64,000 nucleotides of DNA from Acidobacteriota bacterium (lineage in GTDB: Bacteria; Acidobacteriota; UBA890; WLXD01), in assembly GCA_965248695.1 (NCBI GenBank), contig CBDFKD010000002.1:5248001-5312000 (forward strand). The letters are read 5' to 3'. Below, piece by piece: positions 9,591 to 17,306 of this stretch. Under the pieces are notes generated by a model. The model ran no database searches and had not been told where the DNA came from. It worked only from the letters and a program-made list of their open reading frames with translations. The position numbers and the translations under genes were made by a program. How positions within the stretch are numbered: the first letter of the stretch is position 1; every line of letters starts with the position of its first letter.

Positions 9591-10517
9591 TCAAACACGG
9601 CGAGCTCCGGGACAGTCAGCAGGGGAAACGTGCGTGGTCGAAGCAAGGTCAACGGCTGCGAATGCTGCCGCCATCGCCTTGCCGGCCCGCTCTGCCGCGT
9701 CGGGCGAATCAGTGAGAGCCAGTATGGTCGGCCCCCCGCCGCTGATCGAGCTGCCGATAGCGCCCGCCTCCGCAGCAGCGCGCAGCGCGTCGAGGCCGCC
9801 CGGGATGAGCTCGGCGCGCGCCGGACCGACGATCTCGTCGGCCATGCACACCCCGAGGCGCTCGACATCGCCCGAGTGGCAGGCACTTACAAGGGCAGCG
9901 AGATTGGCGCCGTTGCGGACCATCGCCTGCAGGGGAACCTCTGTCGGGAGCACCTCACGCGCCCGTCGGGTCGAAACCTCGATGGCGGGTGTCGTGCAAG
10001 CCACATACAGGCCGGGAGGGATCGGCAGGCGAACCAAGTCGACCGGATCCACCGAGCGCACCAGCACGAGGCCGCCGACCAGCGCCGGCGCGACGTTGTC
10101 GGCGTGACGCCCGGAAACCGCCGCCTCTGCCTCGACGCAGGCAGCAACGAGGGCGATCTCGTCAAGCGGAGAGCCCAAGAGGAGGTTGACGGCGAACGCG
10201 GCCGCAGCAGCGCTGGCCGCTGAGCTACCGAGGCCTGAGCCGATGGGCATGTTCTTGTCGACTTCCAGCTCGATGGCCACGGCCGCGCCGGCCTTCCTAA
10301 GTGTGGCCAGGGCCGCGATGCCGGCGGTGTTGTGTTTTGCATCGATCGGGAGGGAGCCTCCGTCTCCACGCACGGCGACGATCTCGACTCCCGGCGTTCC
10401 GTCGGTGCTCAAGCGTGCGCCGACCGTGTCGCCGGGCGCATCCAGTGCCAGGCCGAGCACGTCGAATCCGGGCCCCAGATTGGCCACCGTGGCTGGCGCG
10501 AACACGCGCACGTTCAT
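9591..10517 (-). CDS. thrB: Homoserine kinase
   Basis: APATVANLGPGFDVLG, PIGSGLGSSAASA, HADNVAP, ISGGGPT; directly upstream of thrC. Confidence 0.93.
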   Translation of the reverse strand: MNVRVFAPATVANLGPGFDVLGLALDAPGDTVGARLSTDGTPGVEIVAVRGDGGSLPIDAKHNTAGIAALATLRKAGAAVAIELEVDKNMPIGSGLGSSAASAAAAAFAVNLLLGSPLDEIALVAACVEAEAAVSGRHADNVAPALVGGLVLVRSVDPVDLVRLPIPPGLYVACTTPAIEVSTRRAREVLPTEVPLQAMVRNGANLAALVSACHSGDVERLGVCMADEIVGPARAELIPGGLDALRAAAEAGAIGSSISGGGPTILALTDSPDAAERAGKAMAAAFAAVDLASTTHVSPADCPGARRV

Positions 10518-10685
10518 GTCAGTCGAACTCCGCTTCGAGTCCCGGCGCCCCTTCGTCTTCGGAGAGTCCGTCACCGCGATCAGTGTCGACCAAGAGCCTG
10601 TCGCCGACACGGATCCGATCAGACTATCCTGTTTGGGCTGAGCGATCCGTGACCGTAGCCGCGTGAGGACATCGGGGTCGATGGG

Positions 10686-11744
10686 ATGAGTGAGACCAAG
10701 AAGGGACTCGTCGCCCGACTCGACGCCGACGGCGTGATCTGCGCCGAGGGCTACGTTTTCGAGCTCGAGCGGCGCGGGTACCTCCAAGCCGGGGGCTTCG
10801 TGCCGGAGGTGGTGCTGGAGTTTCCGGACACCGTCAGGCAACTGCACCGCGAGCTCGTACGGGCCGGCTCCGACGTCATCGAGGCGCTGACCTATTACGC
10901 GCACCGCGAGAAGCTGTGCAGCATCGGCAAGGAAGAGCTTCTGGAGCCGATACAGCGTCGAGCGCTGGAGCTGGCTTTCGAGGTTGCTTCGGAGTTTCCC
11001 GACGCTGCGCCGCTGGTCGCCGGGAACATCTGCAACACCAACGTCTGGGTCGATGCGAGCTCCGACCGTGAGGTGCGCGCGATGTTCGACGAACAGATCG
11101 AATGGGCCCTGGAAGCGGGCGTGGACTTCATCATCGGCGAGACGTTCGCACACTGCGGCGAAGCCGAGCTGGCCGCCAGAGCCATCAAGGCGGCAGGCTT
11201 ACCGGCAGTGGTCACCTGCGCCCTGCACGAGGATCCGGAGATGCGCGATGGCGTGTCGATCGATGACACTGCGCGGCGGCTGGAGCAAGCCGGCGCAGAC
11301 GTGGTCGGATTGAACTGTTGCCGTGGCCCGACGACGATGTTGCCGGTGGGCAAGAGGATCCGGGCAGCGGTCTCGTGCCATGTTGCGTTGCTCCCGGTGC
11401 CGTACCGGACCACGGCGGGCAGCGAATCGATCCAGTCTCTCGCCGACGCTGCCTGCGACTGCATTCCGGACGATCGACCGTTTCCAGTGGCGCTGGATCC
11501 TTTTGCGTGCAACCGGTATGAGATGGCGAGGTTCGCGCGCCAAGCGCGCGAGCTCGACATCCGGTACCTCGGCGTCTGCTGCGGCGGTGCGCCGCATCAT
11601 GTTCGCGCCATGGCCGAGGCCCTCGGCCGGCGGCCGCCTGCGAGCCGGTTCTCACCCGATATGTCGAGGCACTATTCGCTCGGCGACGCCGACTCGGCCA
11701 GCGCGTCGAATCGTGGATTCGTCGACGGGCTCAAGACAAGCTGA
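10686..11744 (+). CDS. Homocysteine S-methyltransferase, betaine-homocysteine methyltransferase-like
   Basis: EGYVFELERRGYLQAG..VPEV...VRQLHRE..RAGSDV; Zn ligands in GLNCCRGP and GVCCGG. Confidence 0.88.
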   Translation: MSETKKGLVARLDADGVICAEGYVFELERRGYLQAGGFVPEVVLEFPDTVRQLHRELVRAGSDVIEALTYYAHREKLCSIGKEELLEPIQRRALELAFEVASEFPDAAPLVAGNICNTNVWVDASSDREVRAMFDEQIEWALEAGVDFIIGETFAHCGEAELAARAIKAAGLPAVVTCALHEDPEMRDGVSIDDTARRLEQAGADVVGLNCCRGPTTMLPVGKRIRAAVSCHVALLPVPYRTTAGSESIQSLADAACDCIPDDRPFPVALDPFACNRYEMARFARQARELDIRYLGVCCGGAPHHVRAMAEALGRRPPASRFSPDMSRHYSLGDADSASASNRGFVDGLKTS

Positions 11745-11754
11745 CCGGAGGCCA

Positions 11755-13029
11755 CTAGGAAGCTGGTTGTCGGTCTGATCTCTGGCACTTTATGAGATAC
11801 GCCAGGACAAAGAAGGCGATGGTGCCGAGAGCGGTGATAACTGCCAGAAAGGCGAAGAAGTTCTGGTGCCCGCCGACGCCCGGCGAATAGTCGAGGATTC
11901 GGCCCGCGATCGATGCGAAGAAGATCTCCGGCGTGAAACCAACCATCGAGATCACGCCAACCGCCGTCCCCGTACGATGGCTCGGGATGTCGGTTTCCTC
12001 CAGCAGAGCAAAGTAGATTCCGCGAAGGCCGAACGCACCGGCATAGGTCACGAACAAGTTGCCGTAGATAACGGCGATCAGGCCAGCTGACGGCGTCGAG
12101 GCCGCAAGGGCCATGTAGCTGATCGTCAGCGCCATGAATAGCCCGCCGAGGGTTCGCCTGGCTGTGAAGCGGTCGGCCAAGAATCCGGCACTGATGGCGG
12201 CGAGCACCCGGATGTAGGCTGCGCTGGCGGTGAACTGGGCCGCCCCGAGCTCGCTCATGTCGAGCACTTCGACGGCGTACAGCGAGTAGTTGTCCAGACC
12301 CTTGTAGGCGCAATACGCACACACGACGATGGTCGCCTGAGCCCAGACGACCGGCAGACGCATGATCTCCCGCAGCGCCGGCAGCGGATTGCCGCGCCCA
12401 GCTCTCGAATCGGCACCGGAGTCGGGTATGAAGATCAATGCCAGGGCACCGGCCAGCATCGTCATCGCGGTGTAGAAATAGATCACCGCCCGCAGCGCGG
12501 CGATCCGGTCCGCGGAAGTAATCTCGGCCACCTCACGTGGGAGAAAGAGGCCGAAGCACACCACCGCAAGGCTCGCCATGGCAGCGGCGGCGAGTCCGCG
12601 GCCGCCATCGAGCAGGCCGAACGCGCGTCCCTGCGCTGCGCCTCCACCCCATTCCCGCGTCGCCCGGATCAGCGCCGCCCACAAGAAGAGAATGGTCGTT
12701 GCTCCCCAGTAGCCGAACAGGATCGTGGTGCCGGTGTGGCCGGGAATGGTTGCCATGTAGAAGCCGCCGGCGCCGGTGCTGAACAGCGAGGCTGCGACCA
12801 GCTTGCGTGCGGAGAAGCGGTCCGCCAGCGGTCCGCCCAGAAAGTAGGAGACCATCGCGGTGATGCCATAGACGGCGAAAGCATCACCAAGCTGGGTGTT
12901 TGAGAACGCGAACACCTCGAGCGTGGTGGCGCGGAAGTACCTGGCGACATGAAACGGAAGCGAGAAGGCTGCCTCTCCGGCCAGGATCAGAACACCGAGG
13001 ACCAGGTAGCGATTGCTTGAGGCAGGCAA
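11755..13029 (-). CDS. MFS transporter
   Basis: About 12 hydrophobic segments; GGPLADRFSARK and AGFLADRFTARR MFS motif A in both halves. TTG start estimated. Confidence 0.85.
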   Translation of the reverse strand: MPASSNRYLVLGVLILAGEAAFSLPFHVARYFRATTLEVFAFSNTQLGDAFAVYGITAMVSYFLGGPLADRFSARKLVAASLFSTGAGGFYMATIPGHTGTTILFGYWGATTILFLWAALIRATREWGGGAAQGRAFGLLDGGRGLAAAAMASLAVVCFGLFLPREVAEITSADRIAALRAVIYFYTAMTMLAGALALIFIPDSGADSRAGRGNPLPALREIMRLPVVWAQATIVVCAYCAYKGLDNYSLYAVEVLDMSELGAAQFTASAAYIRVLAAISAGFLADRFTARRTLGGLFMALTISYMALAASTPSAGLIAVIYGNLFVTYAGAFGLRGIYFALLEETDIPSHRTGTAVGVISMVGFTPEIFFASIAGRILDYSPGVGGHQNFFAFLAVITALGTIAFFVLAYLIKCQRSDRQPAS

Positions 13030-13233
13030 CTCTTGTATCGCCCTTTTCGCTGGGAGCGCGCCGCCTCGACCGATCTGGCGCGGGCGGCTGTCGTCCGCAC
13101 CGCGCCCGATCGAAACACGGGCGCTCGTTGACTTGTCGTCTGTGACGATGGTACCTGTAGGTCGGATACTACGCACGAGCGCGCACCTCGGTACGTTCCG
13201 GGTCGTGCGGAGACGCTCCACGGGAGAATCGAT

Positions 13234-14073
13234 GTGAGGACTCGGTGGGCCCTGGCCGTGTTGGCGGTCACCGCTGCGAGCACGGGGGGGACGGCGATCT
13301 TCGCCGGCCAACTTCCAATGGAACCGGTTCCGAGATCGGGCGGTGGGGTCACGCCGGTCTTCGAGGGTTGGTACGTGAATGCCGATGGCACCCGGACGCT
13401 CTCGTTCGGCTACTTCAACCGGAATTCGGAGGAGATCGTCGAAATCCCGGTCGGTGCGAACAATGGGTTCGAGACGGGCGAGGTCGATCGAGGTCAGCCG
13501 ACCTATTTCCTGCCGCGCCGCAACTGGGGCGTATTTGGCGTCAAGGTGCCGGCGGACTTCGGTTCGCAGCGGCTTATCTGGACGATCGTCATTCGCGGCA
13601 AGACGTACTCGATTCCTGGACACCTCGAGCGCGGCTACTACATCGACGCGCTCGAAGGCGAAGCGGGGGCAGAGAACACTCCGCCGGTCATCAAGTTCAA
13701 CCCGGATGGACCGGAAGCCCGGGGCCCCGGCGGGATATTCGGCCCGCCGCTGACCATCAGCGCCGACGCTCCGATCAACCTCACGATCTGGGCTTCCGAC
13801 GATGCCCGCACCGAGTCGTGGCGCCGCCAGCCGGCAGACTCGCTGCACATCACCTGGTACAAGCACCAGGGTCCGGGCGACGTGTCGTTCAGCAACGCGG
13901 CCCCTGAAGTGGATCGAGCGGCCGGCGGCAAGGCCACCACGACGGCTAGATTCAGTGATCCCGGCCGGTACACACTGCGCGTGCTTGCCAACGACGTCTC
14001 GGGTACCTACGCCGCCGGCCACGCGCAATGCTGCTGGACGAACTCGTTTGTTCGCGTCACGGTGACCCCGTGA
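13234..14073 (+). CDS. Secreted hypothetical protein with C-terminal Ig/PKD-like domain
   Basis: Signal peptide; PVFEGWY.NADGT..LSFGYFNRN, GQPTYFLPRR; ARFSDPGRYTLRVLAND; C-terminal GHAQCCWTN. Confidence 0.75.
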   Translation: MRTRWALAVLAVTAASTGGTAIFAGQLPMEPVPRSGGGVTPVFEGWYVNADGTRTLSFGYFNRNSEEIVEIPVGANNGFETGEVDRGQPTYFLPRRNWGVFGVKVPADFGSQRLIWTIVIRGKTYSIPGHLERGYYIDALEGEAGAENTPPVIKFNPDGPEARGPGGIFGPPLTISADAPINLTIWASDDARTESWRRQPADSLHITWYKHQGPGDVSFSNAAPEVDRAAGGKATTTARFSDPGRYTLRVLANDVSGTYAAGHAQCCWTNSFVRVTVTP

Positions 14074-14101
14074 GATTCGCATGCCGGCGCGCCCGCGGCC
14101 T

Positions 14102-14107
14102 TATAAT
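14102..14107 (+). promoter_or_regulatory. Possible -10 element (TATAAT) for the heme-Cu monooxygenase gene
   Basis: Perfect TATAAT in GC-rich DNA, 33 nt before ATG 14141 which has an AGGAG RBS; no clear -35. Confidence 0.35.
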
Positions 14108-14140
14108 CCGCACCACGGCGAACCCAGCAAGGAGCCTCTC

Positions 14141-15514
14141 ATGACACGCAGCCGGTCTTACTCTCGCGTCGGTCAGAGCCTCACTATCTGCACCTTCGCG
14201 TTGGCCGCGGTGCTCGGCCTCGTTGGCGACGCCGTGTCGAGCAACGGTCCGATCGCAGACGACGATCCCGTCACCTTCACCAAGGACGTGGCGCCCATCC
14301 TTCAGGTGAAGTGCCAGGAATGCCACAGGCCCGACTCCATCGCACCGATGTCGCTGCTGACCTACGAGGACGTGCGATCGTTCTTGCGGCCAATCCGCAA
14401 GGAGGTGCTGGCACGTCGCATGCCGCCGTGGCACCTCGACAAGACGGTGGGGATCCAGCACTACAAGAACGACCGCTCGTTGACCGACGCGCAGCTCGCG
14501 ACCATCGTTCGCTGGATCGATGACGGTGCTCCGATGGGCGATCTCGCCGACATGCCGCCCCCGCGGGAGTTCCCCGATCCCACCGAGTGGCAGTTGGCCA
14601 AGGAGTTCGGCGAGCCCGAGCTGATCGTGCGCTCCGAGCCCTACACGGTGACGGAGCTCGGGCAGGATAAATGGTGGCGTCCCACGGTGGAAACAGGCCT
14701 GACCGAGCCCCGGTGGGTACGCGCCATCGAGGTCAAGCCTTCCTACCCGGGTGGTCGTAAGGCAGTGCACCACGTCATGTCCTACCTGATTCAGGATGAG
14801 GACGATATCGTCGGGCTTGCTCGCAGCGTGCCCGCTGAGGCGCGCCGCGGCGGCACGTTCATGGAGTGGGCCATCGGCAAGGTCGGCGAGGTATTCCCGC
14901 CGACCGCGGGCAAGCTCATGCTCCCTGGGTCGAAGATCCGCTGGGAGGTGCATTACTACGCCTACGGTGCGCAGGTCACCGACGACGTCGTCGAGATGGG
15001 TGTGTACTTCTACCCGCGCGGCTACGTTCCGAAGCATCGCACCATGCTGGGGATGATCGGCGAAGGTTCGCGCGAGTCACGCCTGGAGATCCCGCCCAAT
15101 CAGGTGAGCGTCATCCAGCATCAGGAGGTGCTCGCGGCGCCGGCGCGGCTCGAGAACTTCCAGCCTCACATGCACATGCGCGGCAAGGCGCAATCGCTGG
15201 AGGCGATCTATCCGGACGGCCGACGCGAAGTTCTGAGCCATGCGGACAACTTCCAGTGGAACTGGCACGTCAACTACATCTATGAAGAGGATGTCGCGCC
15301 GCTACTCCCGGCTGGTACGACGCTGCTGGTGACCAGCTGGTTCGACAACACCGAAGACAACCCGAGCAATCCGGATCCTGACCAGTGGGTCGGGTACGGC
15401 GACCGGACCGTCGACGAGATGGCGCACGTCTGGATCGACTTCACCTACATGGAGCAGGAAGACTTCGACGCCGAGGTCGCCAAGCGTCAAGCGGCCGCCG
15501 ACGGCGAAGAGTAA
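14141..15514 (+). CDS. Secreted c-type heme / copper type II (PHM/DBH-like) monooxygenase fusion
   Basis: Signal peptide; CQECH; AVHH, EVHY, PHMH and DEM match the CuH (His,His,His) and CuM (His,His,Met) ligands of PHM/DBH. Confidence 0.8.
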   Translation: MTRSRSYSRVGQSLTICTFALAAVLGLVGDAVSSNGPIADDDPVTFTKDVAPILQVKCQECHRPDSIAPMSLLTYEDVRSFLRPIRKEVLARRMPPWHLDKTVGIQHYKNDRSLTDAQLATIVRWIDDGAPMGDLADMPPPREFPDPTEWQLAKEFGEPELIVRSEPYTVTELGQDKWWRPTVETGLTEPRWVRAIEVKPSYPGGRKAVHHVMSYLIQDEDDIVGLARSVPAEARRGGTFMEWAIGKVGEVFPPTAGKLMLPGSKIRWEVHYYAYGAQVTDDVVEMGVYFYPRGYVPKHRTMLGMIGEGSRESRLEIPPNQVSVIQHQEVLAAPARLENFQPHMHMRGKAQSLEAIYPDGRREVLSHADNFQWNWHVNYIYEEDVAPLLPAGTTLLVTSWFDNTEDNPSNPDPDQWVGYGDRTVDEMAHVWIDFTYMEQEDFDAEVAKRQAAADGEE

Positions 15515-15546
15515 GTGGACGCGGAGCCCGGCTGCGGGCCGGTGAG

Positions 15547-16560
15547 CTACCGACGGACGTACTTCACGAGAGTGCGGCCCGAGACTTCGGCGCCGTACAC
15601 ATTGCCGTCCGTGTCCGCCGCGGCGCCCTCGGCTCCGCTGGTGATGAAGTTCTCCGGGTGTGGCTCCGTGCCAGGGATGAAAGCGGTCACCGATCCATCG
15701 CGAGCGCTGCCGATGCGGATGCCCCGGGCATAGCCGGGGTTGTCGGCGTTGGACTCCGAGTCGGCGACGTAGATCACGTCGTTGGCGTCGATGAAGACGT
15801 CACTCGGTCGCCCGAAGTGGGTCCATGTGGCGATGTGGTTGCCGTCCTGGTCGAAGATCTGAAGCCGGTTGTTGCCGCGATCGGCGACGAAAATACGGCC
15901 CTGTGAATCGATGTCGACGGCGTGCGGGTCCTGGAATTCGCCGGCTCCGCTCCCGGTCCTGCCCCAGGATCCGACAAGCTCACCGTCGCTGTTGAATCGC
16001 ACCACACGGTTGTTGCCGAGCGGGCCGTGCCCATCGAGAACGAAGACGTCGCCGGACGCTGTGACCGCGAGGTCCGTCGGACCGGTGAAGGCGTCCGGTC
16101 GGTCACCGTCAACGCGGCCCTCGAGGCCCAACGTCAGTAGCAGCTCGCCGTCCGGGCTGAACTTGAGCACCTGATTGCCCTGGCCGCTCCGAACCTGTGC
16201 GTCGGCCACCCACACGTTGCCGTCGGCGTCGACCTCGATACCGTGCGGCCAGACGAACATTCCGGCGCCGAAGCTGTTGAGCAGCTTGCCCGACGAGTCG
16301 AAGTGCAGGATCGGGTCCTCATCGCGATCGAGGCAGCTGTTCTGACCGCATCGATCGGCCACCCACAGGGTGCCGTCCGGGCCAGGATGCACGGCGCTGA
16401 TGGCTCCATAGGTGCGCCCAGCGGGCAACTCACCCCAGGCGTTATGGGCAATTCGGTAAGGGTTGTCCTGTGCCGCCCAAGCGGTTATTGCCGCCAGCGC
16501 GAGGACGCTGGCGCAGGTCGCCGCCGATGCCGCCTTGCCGACTCGCTGCCATCGCACCAT
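15547..16560 (-). CDS. Secreted NHL-repeat beta-propeller, peptidyl-alpha-hydroxyglycine alpha-amidating lyase (PAL)-like
   Basis: WPHGIEVDADGNVWVAD, PTDLAV..GDVFVLDGH..NNRVVRF, PHAVDIDSQGRIFVADRGNNRLQIF; AGGAGG before ATG 16560. Confidence 0.85.
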   Translation of the reverse strand: MVRWQRVGKAASAATCASVLALAAITAWAAQDNPYRIAHNAWGELPAGRTYGAISAVHPGPDGTLWVADRCGQNSCLDRDEDPILHFDSSGKLLNSFGAGMFVWPHGIEVDADGNVWVADAQVRSGQGNQVLKFSPDGELLLTLGLEGRVDGDRPDAFTGPTDLAVTASGDVFVLDGHGPLGNNRVVRFNSDGELVGSWGRTGSGAGEFQDPHAVDIDSQGRIFVADRGNNRLQIFDQDGNHIATWTHFGRPSDVFIDANDVIYVADSESNADNPGYARGIRIGSARDGSVTAFIPGTEPHPENFITSGAEGAAADTDGNVYGAEVSGRTLVKYVRR

Positions 16561-16612
16561 GGCTGCCTCCTGATGCCGCCGCGTGGGCGGTCGGGCTGAA
16601 GGATCTTCCGTC

Positions 16613-16802
16613 CTAGTGGCCTGTAACAGATGAACGTTGCCTATCGTGGTGGCGAAATGGGCTCGGATGCCAGGCGCTGCGACGAGACGATGTCGGCCCA
16701 TCTTCGAGGAGGAGCAGCGGGGCAGACGGGTCCATTTCGCCACTGTTCTCTTGATTGGGCCTACGGACAGATGGGCAACGTTCATCTGTTACAGGCCACT
16801 AG
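16613..16802. mobile_element. MITE-like non-autonomous element (190 bp) with 33-bp terminal inverted repeats
   Basis: 16613-16645 CTAGTGGCCTGTAACAGATGAACGTTGCCTATC matches the reverse complement of 16770-16802 at 32/33; inner IR GTGGCGAAATGG (16649-16660)/CCATTTCGCCAC (16732-16743); CTAG at both ends; no coding capacity. Confidence 0.8.
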
Positions 16803-17248
16803 CGCTGAATCGCCTCGAACATGATGCGTTCCAGAACCGAGGTCCGTGACGCGAGCTCCGCGTCGCCGACCGGGAAGTCGTTGCTCGAGAGTACGTACGC
16901 GAGGATATCGGCCTTCTCCCTGCGGCTAACGCTGGCGGGATCTTCGACCGGCATCGATGTGCGAATGCGCTCGAAGAGGGTGCCGACCGTGACCCCGTCC
17001 CAGTTCCAGATGAACTCTCCGCCGGACAGGATGGGCGCCTCGTCGCCGCCGCTCAGGTCGGTTCCATGACAGCTGGCACACGCGGTCTCGTAAGTCTGTT
17101 GCCCCCGAAGGGCCTGCTCTTCGGTATAGATCCCGTCCCATACGGTGGGGCTCTGTGTGGCGGCGGCGGGAGGGGCCCAGAGTGCGCCCAGGGCTGCGCC
17201 GGAGATAGCACAGACCGGCAGGAGCAATGTCGTCAGGCGAAGCTTCAT
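16799..17248 (-). CDS. Mono-heme cytochrome c
   Basis: Signal peptide MKLRLTTLLL; TVWDGIYTEEQALRG, CASCH, RIRTSMP. The TAG stop lies in the right CTAG of the MITE. Confidence 0.88.
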   Translation of the reverse strand: MKLRLTTLLLPVCAISGAALGALWAPPAAATQSPTVWDGIYTEEQALRGQQTYETACASCHGTDLSGGDEAPILSGGEFIWNWDGVTVGTLFERIRTSMPVEDPASVSRREKADILAYVLSSNDFPVGDAELASRTSVLERIMFEAIQR

Positions 17249-17306
17249 GCTGGCGATTGGTTCGAGATCAGAGGGTCGAGGTGGGGCGGCGTACCCGTCG
17301 GCGGCG

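Noticed and set aside
10518-10685. SAM riboswitch or thr attenuator in the thrB/BHMT intergenic region
   Set aside because: No recognisable SAM-I/II core, Thr/Ile-rich leader peptide or U-tract terminator.
10518-11153. Long N-terminal extension of the thrB ORF (similar extension on the MFS ORF to 14082)
   Set aside because: Antisense shadows of real genes on the opposite strand, typical of high-GC DNA.
16561-16824. Mirror ORF starts (MNVAH.../MNVAY...) on both strands
   Set aside because: Produced by the MITE inverted repeats; the PAL-like gene has its own RBS and signal peptide at 16560.
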